From Candidatus Oxydemutatoraceae bacterium (GTDB lineage: Bacteria > Pseudomonadota > Gammaproteobacteria > Poriferisulfidales > Oxydemutatoraceae), in NCBI GenBank assembly GCA_965219575.1, contig OZ244779.1:2252769-2316768 (forward strand): DNA of 64,000 nucleotides, read 5' to 3'. Every line of letters begins with the position of its first letter. The stretch's first letter is position 1. Positions 10,460 to 20,071 of the stretch are shown piece after piece. The position numbers were made by a program, and so were the translations under genes. The notes below the pieces were generated by a model. The model worked only from the letters and a program-made list of their open reading frames with translations. It was not told the DNA's origin and did no database searches.

Positions 10460-11824
10460 TCACGGTCTGTTGAAATAATAGCGTCCCAATTCGCCGTCTT
10501 TCGAGAGCAAGATAAACTCTCGGTTGATTTCTTTTATGGTATAACCTTCGCCTAAGGTAGCTCCGATTGTATAACGTTTGCCGTCCTGCGTCTCTAAATA
10601 GACTGCCTCACCGAAGCTAACCGATTGTAAATTTATACCGGGGTCAAATTCATTTATCTGAGATTTTCCTTGATCTATGTCTGCCAGAAGCGGTCGGTTG
10701 TCGAATTTTTTTCTGAAATTCTCGGCCAGTGTCTCGAGTTGCTGCAGTTCGGTATCGCTTAATGTTTGCCAGATTAAATAAATTGTATGCTTATCTACAT
10801 TGATGCCGACCTTATCCGAGAGGCCTTGAGCTACCAGCATTTGATTAAGTTCATTCACGGCATCATCCATAGTGCGCACTTGGTTGTCGTAGCCTTGCAA
10901 ACCTTGCACATCATCCTTGATCACATCCAATGCGCGCGCCCATACCTCACTCTTCTCAACATAACCGGATAGCCTCACTTTGCCGGGAAAACCCGGTACA
11001 CCGCTCACTTCAACCTTATCGGTTGCGGGATTTAAGATTTGACCCAATATAACCGATGTTGCGAGTTTCAATCGTTGTGCAGAGTATAATTGTGTTTGCG
11101 CGGTGATTTTGGCTTTACCCAATGCTTCCATAAACGCGTCGCGTCGTTCGTCGGTGTCGGTATAGCCTTGTATATATAGCATTTCTCTACCGTCTCTGGA
11201 CACGGTACGCACCGTCGCATCGATGACATATTCCTCTATAATCTGATCGATTTCTACGCTTTGTGTCTCTAAGTTTTCTCCGGGAATGTCCGTCGTCGTG
11301 AAAACGACGAGTAGTAAACTCAACCCGATGCCGATTAAGGCGATGCCCACCGATAAGTAGATGCGATTTGCAGGACGGTCGCTGCGCCACAGCTGCTGCC
11401 ACAATGACGGGGACGGCTGTGGGCTATCGTCTTTCGGTGTTTCTGCCGCTGCCTGGTCTTCGACTTGCTTGAAGCCTTGTCCCGCACCCAGCAATTCTAC
11501 GGGCGGCCATGCTTCTTGCGCAGCACCCAACGCAAAGAAAAAAGTGCCTGTGGAAACAACTTGATAGGGTTTGATTTCAACCGTATCCGAATCTATCTTT
11601 TCGCCGTCCAAATAGCAGGGATGCTCTTTGGAAAGAATGCTTAAACCGACCTTGCCCTCGTTTATAATTATTTGGAAATGTTGCTCCGCCAAGCTGGTGT
11701 CGTGCAGGATGATATCGCAATGCTCATCTCTACCTAATAGATAAACACCGGAAGACAATATCGCCTCCGAACCTATATGGGGGCCGGTTAAAATCTTCAA
11801 AATCCAGTCATTACCTTTATCCAT
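10460..11824 (-). CDS. sctD: T3SS inner-membrane ring protein SctD (YscD/EscD family)
   Basis: N-terminal FHA-like LKILTGPHIGSE...LGRDEHCDIILHD, one TM, BON-like periplasmic repeats, C-terminal SVSFGEAVYLETQDGKRYTIGATL. Confidence 0.88.
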   Translation of the reverse strand: MDKGNDWILKILTGPHIGSEAILSSGVYLLGRDEHCDIILHDTSLAEQHFQIIINEGKVGLSILSKEHPCYLDGEKIDSDTVEIKPYQVVSTGTFFFALGAAQEAWPPVELLGAGQGFKQVEDQAAAETPKDDSPQPSPSLWQQLWRSDRPANRIYLSVGIALIGIGLSLLLVVFTTTDIPGENLETQSVEIDQIIEEYVIDATVRTVSRDGREMLYIQGYTDTDERRDAFMEALGKAKITAQTQLYSAQRLKLATSVILGQILNPATDKVEVSGVPGFPGKVRLSGYVEKSEVWARALDVIKDDVQGLQGYDNQVRTMDDAVNELNQMLVAQGLSDKVGINVDKHTIYLIWQTLSDTELQQLETLAENFRKKFDNRPLLADIDQGKSQINEFDPGINLQSVSFGEAVYLETQDGKRYTIGATLGEGYTIKEINREFILLSKDGELGRYYFNRP

Positions 11825-11852
11825 CTCTAAGCCGTCTGTTATCAAAAAAAGG

Positions 11853-13610
11853 TCAGGGCGGTCCGGAATGGGTGCGCTTGGGCATATTCGGGTTTTGCGT
11901 CAACTGATTTCTCGGACGAGCCGTTTTTTGCTGCTTGGGCTTCGCCCTCGGATAATATCTATCTTCATAACTTTCATCGTCGCGCTTTAATATCTCCGCT
12001 TCGTCGACATCGGATTCAAAGACTACTTCGGATTCGACCAACTTGGGGCTGATTAAAAAGTAACGGCGAGTATCCAAATTGACCGTGTTTTGAACTCTGA
12101 ATAATAATCCGACAACGGGTAAATAACCCAATATCGGCACGCCTCTGTAACCCCTCGACTCCTGATTAACCTTATAGCCGCCGATGAGCAGGCTTTTCCC
12201 GTTGCTGACCATCGCTTGCGTTTTAACCGTGCTGTTCGTAATAGCCGGCACACCGTCGACCCTTTGATCGGCGGGAGATTGTCTCCCGTCTTGTATATCC
12301 AGAGTTAAAAGTATTTGGTGCGGGTCCTTATCATGATAAATCACATGCGGCTTAACTTTGAGCGTAGCCCCGTAGGTAATTGGCACCAAATCGACCGCTT
12401 CGCTCTCCGCATTCTGTGCGCCCAATCTCACATAAAAAGTCTGTTGATTAGAAAACTCCGCCTCGTGGTTATCTAGAGTCAACACCGAGGGGCGTGCGGA
12501 TATGTTCGCTCGCCCTTGTGTCTGCAGAGCCTCCAGCCTGATCCTGAATTGGCGACTTTGTGCGGCACTCATCTCGGTGATAGACAGTGCTGCTTGGGAA
12601 AACTCGAAATCTCCCGATTCGTAATTCCATTCTATGCCCAGACTTTCCGTTGCGTCGTCGTTGATATCTAAGATTAAAACTTCTATCTCTATTTGATCGA
12701 GTGGTTTATCGAGTTGATTTATCAGGGCTTCGTATAAGGGGATGCGCTCGGCTTTATCTCGTACGATGACCATATTCAATCGAGTATCTACAATGATATA
12801 GGCATCATCGGACCTTGCGGTTTGCTCGGGCGGACTTTCGGACTCGGGTGCGGGTTGTGCCGCATCGTCTTTAGCCTGTTCACCGTAGCTGGGAGACAAA
12901 CCGGTGCCCAGCAGTTTCTCGACCTCTTGCGGTTTTTTAACCGCACTATCACCACCTTCGGTCACGAAATAACCTACATTCATGATACGACCGAGTAACT
13001 GGGCAATATCCACCGTTTTCTGTTGACTATCGCTCGATGCATAGATGTATTTGAGTTTGAATATCTTCACTATATGATCGTCCAACGGTGGCAAAGTGCT
13101 AATTATCTTCGGCGGCTTATCGTCGGTGGAGTCCATCATCGTTTTCACCAGTTCTATAAATCTAGGCGGACCGGACAGTTCCATGCTATCACGGTTAGGA
13201 ATAAGCCTCCAGTGGTAGTGCGTTCCTATCACATTGAGCTCTTTGAGTGCGGCTTCGAGGTCGGTCGTGTCATCGGTAGTCGACGGGATAATCTCCTCTC
13301 CGATCTCGCCGGTGTTGTAGATGTACAGAACGGTGCCGTCGTAGAACCACATTAAGCGATAGATGCGCGACAGCATGGACAAAAAGTCCACCGCTTTCAT
13401 CGTCGGAAAATCACCGTTGACTATGCCTGCCACGGCAGGGCTGATCATCACCGGTAATTTTAATTCCGCAGCAAAATCGGAAATGACTTCTTTAATATCT
13501 TTGTCTTGTGCAAAATACCCGTAGCGATAGTCAATCCAAAGAGGCTGGGAAGATTGAGGATGCGTGGGGCTTATGACCATAAGCAAAAGCACAAATATAA
13601 ATATCCTCAT
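11853..13610 (-). CDS. sctC: T3SS outer-membrane secretin SctC (YscC family)
   Basis: YGYFAQDKDIKEVISDFA, LMWFYDGTVLYIY, LSGPPRFIELV, RPSVLTLDNHEAEF..QTFYVR, GVPILGYLPVVGLLF. Confidence 0.93.
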   Translation of the reverse strand: MRIFIFVLLLMVISPTHPQSSQPLWIDYRYGYFAQDKDIKEVISDFAAELKLPVMISPAVAGIVNGDFPTMKAVDFLSMLSRIYRLMWFYDGTVLYIYNTGEIGEEIIPSTTDDTTDLEAALKELNVIGTHYHWRLIPNRDSMELSGPPRFIELVKTMMDSTDDKPPKIISTLPPLDDHIVKIFKLKYIYASSDSQQKTVDIAQLLGRIMNVGYFVTEGGDSAVKKPQEVEKLLGTGLSPSYGEQAKDDAAQPAPESESPPEQTARSDDAYIIVDTRLNMVIVRDKAERIPLYEALINQLDKPLDQIEIEVLILDINDDATESLGIEWNYESGDFEFSQAALSITEMSAAQSRQFRIRLEALQTQGRANISARPSVLTLDNHEAEFSNQQTFYVRLGAQNAESEAVDLVPITYGATLKVKPHVIYHDKDPHQILLTLDIQDGRQSPADQRVDGVPAITNSTVKTQAMVSNGKSLLIGGYKVNQESRGYRGVPILGYLPVVGLLFRVQNTVNLDTRRYFLISPKLVESEVVFESDVDEAEILKRDDESYEDRYYPRAKPKQQKTARPRNQLTQNPNMPKRTHSGPP

Positions 13611-13630
13611 GGCATATCAATTTCCTTCCC

Positions 13631-15757
13631 TCACTCTTTTTCTTCGTACAGGCCATAATGATAAGTAAGATTTGTAATTTCAGGTACGGGAAATTTATCT
13701 CTAGTAGCACTAAATTGCTCGGGCTTTAATAGAAATTCCATATCTAATCCGAATTCACTGGCATCGCTATCCAACATTACGTCATAACTTGGATTCTTGA
13801 CGGAAGTATCGACATAAACCGGCGTAAATAATTTCGGTTTATTTTTCTCAAATTTTATTTTTACCGAAACCGAACCATCTTCATGTTTATTAAAATGATA
13901 TTGAAGTGGATCTTCACCGGAACCTACAAAAAAGCCATGAACCGGTGCCAGTTGTTCCCTCTTGAAAACTTGAAACACGGCCCCGACCGAACCTTGATGA
14001 AACTGCGAGATAGCGAACAGCATGTCTTTGTTTAACTCTCCGTCGGTAGTACAAAATTCTTTAAGCTGCTCTATTACTTCCGCTTCTGCCTTCGCAGCCG
14101 GTGATTCGTTAAAATAAGCGGTTGCGCGAACACCAATATCCTTTAAAAATTGTTTGGAAATACCATCTTCCTGCAAGCTATCTACCTTGCCACTGGACAG
14201 TTCCTTTTCTACATATTTAACTGCTGCATCGGAAAAAGTTCCACCTCCGCTCTGCCCCATGCGATCCGGAGTCGGTATTTTAATGCCGGTGTTTCGCATC
14301 AAATGAAGCGTTCTATCCTCTATCTCGGAAGCCGATTCCAGCGGTGCGCTTTGAGCCACGATTTCCGCTTCTCCCCCCGACTTGTTCAACATCGCCGCAG
14401 AGGCAAAGCCCAACGATTCCATCCATGTAGAAAATGTGTCGGCTGTTCGCAAACCGGATCTATAAAAATCGGGCAACGATGCTTCCTGCTTCTTATAGGC
14501 ATCGCTACCGGGAAAGGATAGCCGGTAATGGTTCGTTGCTCTGATATAAGAATTCAAAGCACCCGGTGTGGTGATCTGTCGGTGCATTTTATCCATCGTT
14601 GCGCGCCAATCTCCACCCTGTGCCATCATCATCAGTGTGCTGCGTTGTTCGCGAAGTTCACCGCTTAAATCTTTAATATCGTCTTTGGACTGTAAATCGG
14701 AAACCGCATTAGTGTATTCGTTGATTGCTTTTTCTAGTTGCGCTTCGGTTGAATTCGCATCGGCCATTGTTTGCAGATGAGGCTGTATCTGGCCCCCTGT
14801 CTCCCATGCCGTCTTGACTTGAGATACGGATAGCCCGCTCTTTATCACAAAATCCGTAACTTCGGTTTTTAATTTATCGTCGGAGATATTGAGAGATGCA
14901 ACAGCACTCTCGCCTGTTGATATTCGACTTCGGATATTCTCGGCTATTTCGGCAACACGTGCTTGACTCGGAAATTTAGGATTTTTGTCGCCTTCTTTAT
15001 ATATTTCTGCAGTAAGATCGGCTTCCATCTTTTCGTTCAGATAGTCGACGGTTTCTTGACTCATAGACGAAGCATGCCCCTTGATAATATAGTGCTTATT
15101 CACAACAAGTGCTGTATACGCCTGTACAGCCTCGGTTTGGAAAGCTTGCTTGGCAATAGTGTCCGCTGTCTTTTGGGAGACCTTGGTTTTACCGTTATCG
15201 CCTTTCTCCAGTATCTTGCTTTTTATTTGCTCGCCGGTGGCGGTAATATCTATAAAATCGCGTACTTCTGCCACATCGTCTTCGGACGAGTTATTCGGAA
15301 ACATCTCGGCTAAAGTGTTCGACAGTCCCGATTCTAAGTGATCCGTAGATTTCGGTTGAATTTCGGAGTCTCCTACCTGCACGACACCGTAACGAGAAGC
15401 AAGTTGATTATTTTTTTCCTGATTTGCTGCCTGTAAGTTATCAACCACCTGAAACGTTATAAAAACTTCACGCATATTCAGAGGTTTTTTTGAACTTTGA
15501 CTCAAACCGCCCGTACTAATCGCCTGAGATGTTATGCCCTCACCGTAGTGCGCACTCAAAGCATTGATAAAATGATTTCGGGTTTCGATATGCTGCTGAG
15601 ATCTATAGCCCTTGAACCAAGATACTATCCTTCCGAAAAAACGACCACCGCCTATTACCAAATTTCCCGATTTTGATAGATGTACGGTCGGGGCGTTGGT
15701 TCTTAAAGTGCCACTTTGACTAGAAAGGTCTCTATACGAATTAATATCAACCGGCAT
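13631..15757 (-). CDS. Putative type III secreted effector (708 aa)
   Basis: Ser/Thr-rich disordered N-terminus, then GRFFGRIVSWFK...FINALSAHYG resembling class I chaperone-binding regions. No signal peptide; lies inside the T3SS operon near a CesT-type chaperone. Confidence 0.65.
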   Translation of the reverse strand: MPVDINSYRDLSSQSGTLRTNAPTVHLSKSGNLVIGGGRFFGRIVSWFKGYRSQQHIETRNHFINALSAHYGEGITSQAISTGGLSQSSKKPLNMREVFITFQVVDNLQAANQEKNNQLASRYGVVQVGDSEIQPKSTDHLESGLSNTLAEMFPNNSSEDDVAEVRDFIDITATGEQIKSKILEKGDNGKTKVSQKTADTIAKQAFQTEAVQAYTALVVNKHYIIKGHASSMSQETVDYLNEKMEADLTAEIYKEGDKNPKFPSQARVAEIAENIRSRISTGESAVASLNISDDKLKTEVTDFVIKSGLSVSQVKTAWETGGQIQPHLQTMADANSTEAQLEKAINEYTNAVSDLQSKDDIKDLSGELREQRSTLMMMAQGGDWRATMDKMHRQITTPGALNSYIRATNHYRLSFPGSDAYKKQEASLPDFYRSGLRTADTFSTWMESLGFASAAMLNKSGGEAEIVAQSAPLESASEIEDRTLHLMRNTGIKIPTPDRMGQSGGGTFSDAAVKYVEKELSSGKVDSLQEDGISKQFLKDIGVRATAYFNESPAAKAEAEVIEQLKEFCTTDGELNKDMLFAISQFHQGSVGAVFQVFKREQLAPVHGFFVGSGEDPLQYHFNKHEDGSVSVKIKFEKNKPKLFTPVYVDTSVKNPSYDVMLDSDASEFGLDMEFLLKPEQFSATRDKFPVPEITNLTYHYGLYEEKE

Positions 15758-15795
15758 TTTTCACTCTTTCTTTTCTGGTGAACATCCATGGCGAC

Positions 15796-16029
15796 TTAAG
15801 CCTTATGAAGGTGATGCCAGACCTTCTCAAGCACCAAAAGTGCGCTTTGCAAGCCTATTCTAACTTGATTGAGTGAAGCGTATTCTTCCGGAGCAACACC
15901 GTTGCTCAGAATTTTATCTATCTTCGAAATCTGATCGTTTAATCGGGCTTTTATTTTTTCCTTCAACTCTCCTTTATCATCGGTTTTGAGTTTTTCTTCC
16001 AAAGAAAATTCTAATTTTTCATCCGCCAT
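15796..16029 (-). CDS. YscE/SsaE/EscE-family needle co-chaperone
   Basis: 77 aa helical hairpin LEEKL...GVAPEEYASLNQVRIGLQSALLVLEKV with the YscE pattern; T3SS context. Confidence 0.7.
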   Translation of the reverse strand: MADEKLEFSLEEKLKTDDKGELKEKIKARLNDQISKIDKILSNGVAPEEYASLNQVRIGLQSALLVLEKVWHHLHKA

Positions 16030-16071
16030 AAGTCTCTCTTTTCATTACTTAATGCCCAACCGTGATGAAGG

Positions 16072-16530
16072 CTAAACTTTCATCACGGTTGAATCTACAT
16101 CTTGATCGGCTACTTTGCCGCTTTGCGAGTGAGAAGCATTGAGATTCTTCATCCAATATTCCGCCACATTGATAAAATTCTCTAAAGATTGTTCAAAGTC
16201 CGACAAGTCCATTCCCTTGATTCTCTCGCTACAAATCAATGCAACCTTTCTCGAGATATTCTGGATTCCCAAAGTACATCTCTCGGTTTCTCCGTATATG
16301 TAATTAGCCTCCAGTAATTTATTCTCTACGCTCTCGGAACCGGCTACCGGCACATCGCCTAAATAAGAATACATATAAACGTATTGCTCATTGGGACTGA
16401 CCTCTATACTCACCGGGACTTCATCGAAGAAAAGATTGCATCGGCTATCCTCGTCCAAGCTCAGATCCGGCAAATTAATACCGGAACCGAAGTGCTTGAG
16501 TATGTTCTTAAAATCTTCTCTGTATGACAT
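16072..16530 (-). CDS. Class I T3SS chaperone (CesT/SycE/Tir family)
   Basis: Acidic 152 aa; LSLDEDSRCNLFFD, LLEANY, CTLGI, FEQSLENFINVAEYW. Confidence 0.9.
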   Translation of the reverse strand: MSYREDFKNILKHFGSGINLPDLSLDEDSRCNLFFDEVPVSIEVSPNEQYVYMYSYLGDVPVAGSESVENKLLEANYIYGETERCTLGIQNISRKVALICSERIKGMDLSDFEQSLENFINVAEYWMKNLNASHSQSGKVADQDVDSTVMKV

Positions 16531-16532
16531 AA

Positions 16533-17057
16533 TTATACCTCCTTTTGTTGATTACTAACTAACTCTTTAAGATTAACTGCGCGTTCGGCATAAGCTGCGT
16601 GTTCATTTTCTCCTTCGGCAATGGTTAACACCGTTTCCAGAGATTTTTTCGCGTTATCCCAATCCTTCATCGCAATATAACATTCGGCTGCATGGAAAGG
16701 TCCGTCGGGTTGCCCTACATCGAGCATCGTCGCAACACTATATGCCTTGATTGCAGGATCGTACTTCTTAAGTTTTTGCAAGCACGCAGCCCAACCCATC
16801 CAAAAGCGCCTATCGGTGTGTTCGTGTATAGAAAAGTATTGAAATAGTTTCACTGCTTCGTCAAAACGCCTTTGCTGATAAAGACTGTGTGCCAAGTGAT
16901 AGGCAGCTTCTACCTCATCTACCGTGAAACCTTTAATTGTACCGAGCGATACACCCTCTTCAAATAGATTTGTCGCTAAATCCTCTATTTTCTGCCACTT
17001 GGCATCGCTCTCCGGCAATGCCGATATTTCCGCAAGCCTGGCATGCAAATTCTCCAT
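16533..17057 (-). CDS. Class II translocator chaperone (SycD/LcrH, TPR)
   Basis: EAAYHLAHSLYQ, RFWMGWAACLQ, PFHAAEC. Confidence 0.92.
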   Translation of the reverse strand: MENLHARLAEISALPESDAKWQKIEDLATNLFEEGVSLGTIKGFTVDEVEAAYHLAHSLYQQRRFDEAVKLFQYFSIHEHTDRRFWMGWAACLQKLKKYDPAIKAYSVATMLDVGQPDGPFHAAECYIAMKDWDNAKKSLETVLTIAEGENEHAAYAERAVNLKELVSNQQKEV

Positions 17058-17081
17058 CCTATACCCCTACTTATAAAATAA

Positions 17082-18392
17082 TCAAGCAGAAGAACCTTTG
17101 GTTATCTCTTCGGTTACTTTGTTAGACGATGAAGCGATAGAAAATATGACACTTGCGTTGTCTTGCATATCTTGCAATATCTTTTTTAGCTTTCTAATTG
17201 TATTAGATTGCAATGCTTGTATTTGTTCTATAAAGGCTTTTTGATCGGCTGCATCGGCATCGGCCATCGAGGCATCGTGGTCGGCTTCCGCCGTTTGAAT
17301 GCCCTCGACACCTCCGGCAATTCCGGTGCCTGCCGATGAAACATTAACCAAATTACCGATACGCGCCGCAACTCTTTGAGTTCTGGTTGCAGATTTTTCC
17401 GTGATTTGTTCTGCCTCATTAGTATCGGAAGCTTCGTCGCTTGCCTCGCTCGCTTCCGAACTAGCCTCGCTTACCTCGGACTCGGCTTCGGTTCCGCTGA
17501 AACTTGTTTCCTCCACCGCATCACCGGCATCGGAAGCCGACGATGCAATATCTCCGATATCGGCACTCATCTCAATGCTTTCCGAAACACCTTCGGTCGT
17601 TTCGGCACTAATGTCTGCTGCGGCACTCGCGGTTTCCGCAGTTGCTGCCGCCATGTCTGCAGCGCTGGCACCTATTTCGGCACCGGCCGAGGTCGCCCGC
17701 GACACCGCACTCGCAATCGAAGTCACCATGCTCACGGCAGCACTACCACCGCTCGCCACAACGCCTACTAAACTCACTACTAAAATCGCCGCAGTTAAGC
17801 CGATCATCAAACCCATTGCGCCTTTCTGACCGAGATGCATAGCCTTCGCAAGTTTAGTTATACCTCCCGTTTCTTGCGCAACCATCAACCCGGTCATCAA
17901 CACGGCAGCCGCAAATACGGGTGCTGCTGCAGCACCCCCCGTAGCCACGGTTACAACCGCCGCCGCAACATAAGTGAGCGCAACACCGATCCATCCGAAT
18001 ATCTTTCCTAACAGACCATGATGTTTGGCTTTCTCTCTCGCTTTTATTGCTTTTTTTATGTCGTCTATTTGTTTTTTGTCCTTGGCCTGCGCATCGGCAG
18101 TCTGTGCTTTTACCTGCTCTTTTGCATCTTTTATACGCTCCGAAGATACTTTCTGCTCCACCGACATCAACAGCACAGTCATCACACTCGTTGCTATAAC
18201 TTTAGGTAAACTAAGGACAGGCCCGTCATTAGTCGTTTGACCGCCGTAAACTTGACCGCTGCCGGTATTACCTGCATCTACCCGCGGACCTTTGGGGTGC
18301 GATGTTGAAGATATCACCGCATCGGCCGGCGGCGGAGTGCCTTGCACCGAAGGTGCAGTGGATGTATTCAAGCCGATATCATCATTTGCCAT
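17082..18392 (-). CDS. sctE: Major translocator SctE (YopB/SseC/BopB family)
   Basis: PVLSLP chaperone-binding motif, coiled coil, GLLGKIFGWIGVA followed by two long hydrophobic segments, C-terminal coiled coil. Flanked by two SycD-like genes. Confidence 0.88.
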   Translation of the reverse strand: MANDDIGLNTSTAPSVQGTPPPADAVISSTSHPKGPRVDAGNTGSGQVYGGQTTNDGPVLSLPKVIATSVMTVLLMSVEQKVSSERIKDAKEQVKAQTADAQAKDKKQIDDIKKAIKAREKAKHHGLLGKIFGWIGVALTYVAAAVVTVATGGAAAAPVFAAAVLMTGLMVAQETGGITKLAKAMHLGQKGAMGLMIGLTAAILVVSLVGVVASGGSAAVSMVTSIASAVSRATSAGAEIGASAADMAAATAETASAAADISAETTEGVSESIEMSADIGDIASSASDAGDAVEETSFSGTEAESEVSEASSEASEASDEASDTNEAEQITEKSATRTQRVAARIGNLVNVSSAGTGIAGGVEGIQTAEADHDASMADADAADQKAFIEQIQALQSNTIRKLKKILQDMQDNASVIFSIASSSNKVTEEITKGSSA

Positions 18393-18415
18393 AATTGTAT
18401 CCTCCTAATAGTCGT

Positions 18416-18892
18416 TCAATTACCGTGAACCGCCTCTATCAACACGCCGGCGTGATCCTTTATAGATTGATCATTGCTTTTCATTGCTTCGGTGGCGTAT
18501 TCCTCGGCTTCTTCGTTTCTACCCAACAAACTGCAACATTCGGCAAGTTGTAGATAAACTTCGTAAGTTTTATCGCTGTCGTCAAGGAAAGCCAATATAA
18601 AACTCAAGGTAGTCATCGCATCTCTGTATTCTTTCAACATTTTCTGACTATATCCCAAACCAATCCAATAATGAACATTATTATGGTCGTAAAAGCACAA
18701 TTGACGAAAAATCCTCATCGCATCTTGATATTTCCCATTTTCGTAAAAACGTTGCGCAACCATATACATGCTATCCATCGATTGCCGATCTATGCCTCTG
18801 GCTTCATGAACGGTCTCCTTGCCCTGCAGAACTTTGTCGGCATAATCGGACATCATTTGTGTTATTGATTCTACGATTTTAGAACTGTTCAC
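18416..18892 (-). CDS. Second class II translocator chaperone (SycD/LcrH, TPR)
   Basis: MDSMYMVAQRFYENGKYQDA..IFRQLCFYDH..YWIGLG, YLQLAEC. Confidence 0.9.
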   Translation of the reverse strand: MNSSKIVESITQMMSDYADKVLQGKETVHEARGIDRQSMDSMYMVAQRFYENGKYQDAMRIFRQLCFYDHNNVHYWIGLGYSQKMLKEYRDAMTTLSFILAFLDDSDKTYEVYLQLAECCSLLGRNEEAEEYATEAMKSNDQSIKDHAGVLIEAVHGN

Positions 18893-18922
18893 AAAAATAT
18901 CCCTCCGAGCACCTTAGAATGT

Positions 18923-19462
18923 TTATCTGCCGAGGTTCTGAATGATGGCTTGGATCATCTCGGAATACTTGGAAAATTCGGTAGAAACTTCCCGCAATGC
19001 ATTGTTGCCGTCCTCCACACATTGGTTCAACTCCAACATCTGCGTTTTATTCTGACCGCTTATCTTCTGCATATACGAATCAAGATACTGCATGTTGATG
19101 TCCCACTCATCTTTGTCATGAATGTGGTCGTTACCGGTGTGATCCCACTGAATACCTCGAGCGTCTAGAAAATCTACCATGTCTTGCGGCATCTCCGAAG
19201 TGCCACCACCAGCCTTATTCTTCAGCTCTTTCATACGACTATACATGTCACGACACGCACTCATCTCGGCTAAGGTCGCTTTGACCTCGTCCAATTTATC
19301 TTGCGTGCGTAGGTTCATGAAGTCGTTGTATTGTAGAAACACCATCTGCACCGCAAGATCGGTATTCATTTGGTGATCGTCTTTGTTCTCATTTATAGGT
19401 ACATTGTATTTATTTATATCCGCTACTTGCTGACTTTGTCCCGATACATTTTGTGTTGCCAT
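18923..19462 (-). CDS. T3SS tip/filament protein, EspA/SseB/Bsp22-like (copy 2)
   Basis: MPQDMVDFLDARGI resembles EspA LPQDVIDY and SseB VPEDVIKYMRDNGI. C-terminal amphipathic QMLELNQ...IIQNLGR resembles Bsp22/EspA. Confidence 0.72.
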   Translation of the reverse strand: MATQNVSGQSQQVADINKYNVPINENKDDHQMNTDLAVQMVFLQYNDFMNLRTQDKLDEVKATLAEMSACRDMYSRMKELKNKAGGGTSEMPQDMVDFLDARGIQWDHTGNDHIHDKDEWDINMQYLDSYMQKISGQNKTQMLELNQCVEDGNNALREVSTEFSKYSEMIQAIIQNLGR

Positions 19463-19499
19463 ATCTCCTCCTTTGTTTAATTACTAAGTCTACTAATGT

Positions 19500-20039
19500 T
19501 TATCTGCCTAGATTCTGAATGATGGCTTGGATCATCTCGGAATACTTGGAAAATTCGGTAGAGACTTCCCGCAGTGCATTGTTGCCGTCCTCCACACATT
19601 GGTTCAACTCCAACATCTGTGTTTTATTCTGACCGCTTATCTTCTGCATATACGAATCAAGATACTGCATGTTTATGTCCCACTCATCTTTGTTATGATT
19701 ATGGTCGTTACCGGTGTGATCCCACTGAATACCTCGAGCGTCTAGAAAATCTACCATGTCTTGCGGCATCTCCGAAGTACCGCCGCCGGCCTTATTCTTC
19801 AACTCTTTCATACGACTATACATATCACGACACGCACTCATCTCGGCTAAGGTCGCTTTGACCTCGTCCAATTTATCTTGTGTGCGTAGATTCATAAAGT
19901 CGTTGTATTGTAGAAACACCATCTGCACCGCAAGATCGGTATTCATTTGGTGGTCGTCTTTGTTTTCCTTTATATTTACATTGTATTTGTTTATATCCGC
20001 CACTTGCTGACTTTGTCCCGATACATTTTGTGTTGCCAT
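19500..20039 (-). CDS. T3SS tip/filament protein, EspA/SseB/Bsp22-like (copy 1)
   Basis: 175/179 aa identical to the downstream copy; same AGGAGGAG RBS. Confidence 0.72.
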   Translation of the reverse strand: MATQNVSGQSQQVADINKYNVNIKENKDDHQMNTDLAVQMVFLQYNDFMNLRTQDKLDEVKATLAEMSACRDMYSRMKELKNKAGGGTSEMPQDMVDFLDARGIQWDHTGNDHNHNKDEWDINMQYLDSYMQKISGQNKTQMLELNQCVEDGNNALREVSTEFSKYSEMIQAIIQNLGR

Positions 20040-20071
20040 ATCTCCTCCTTGTTTGATAAATGATTGTAAGT

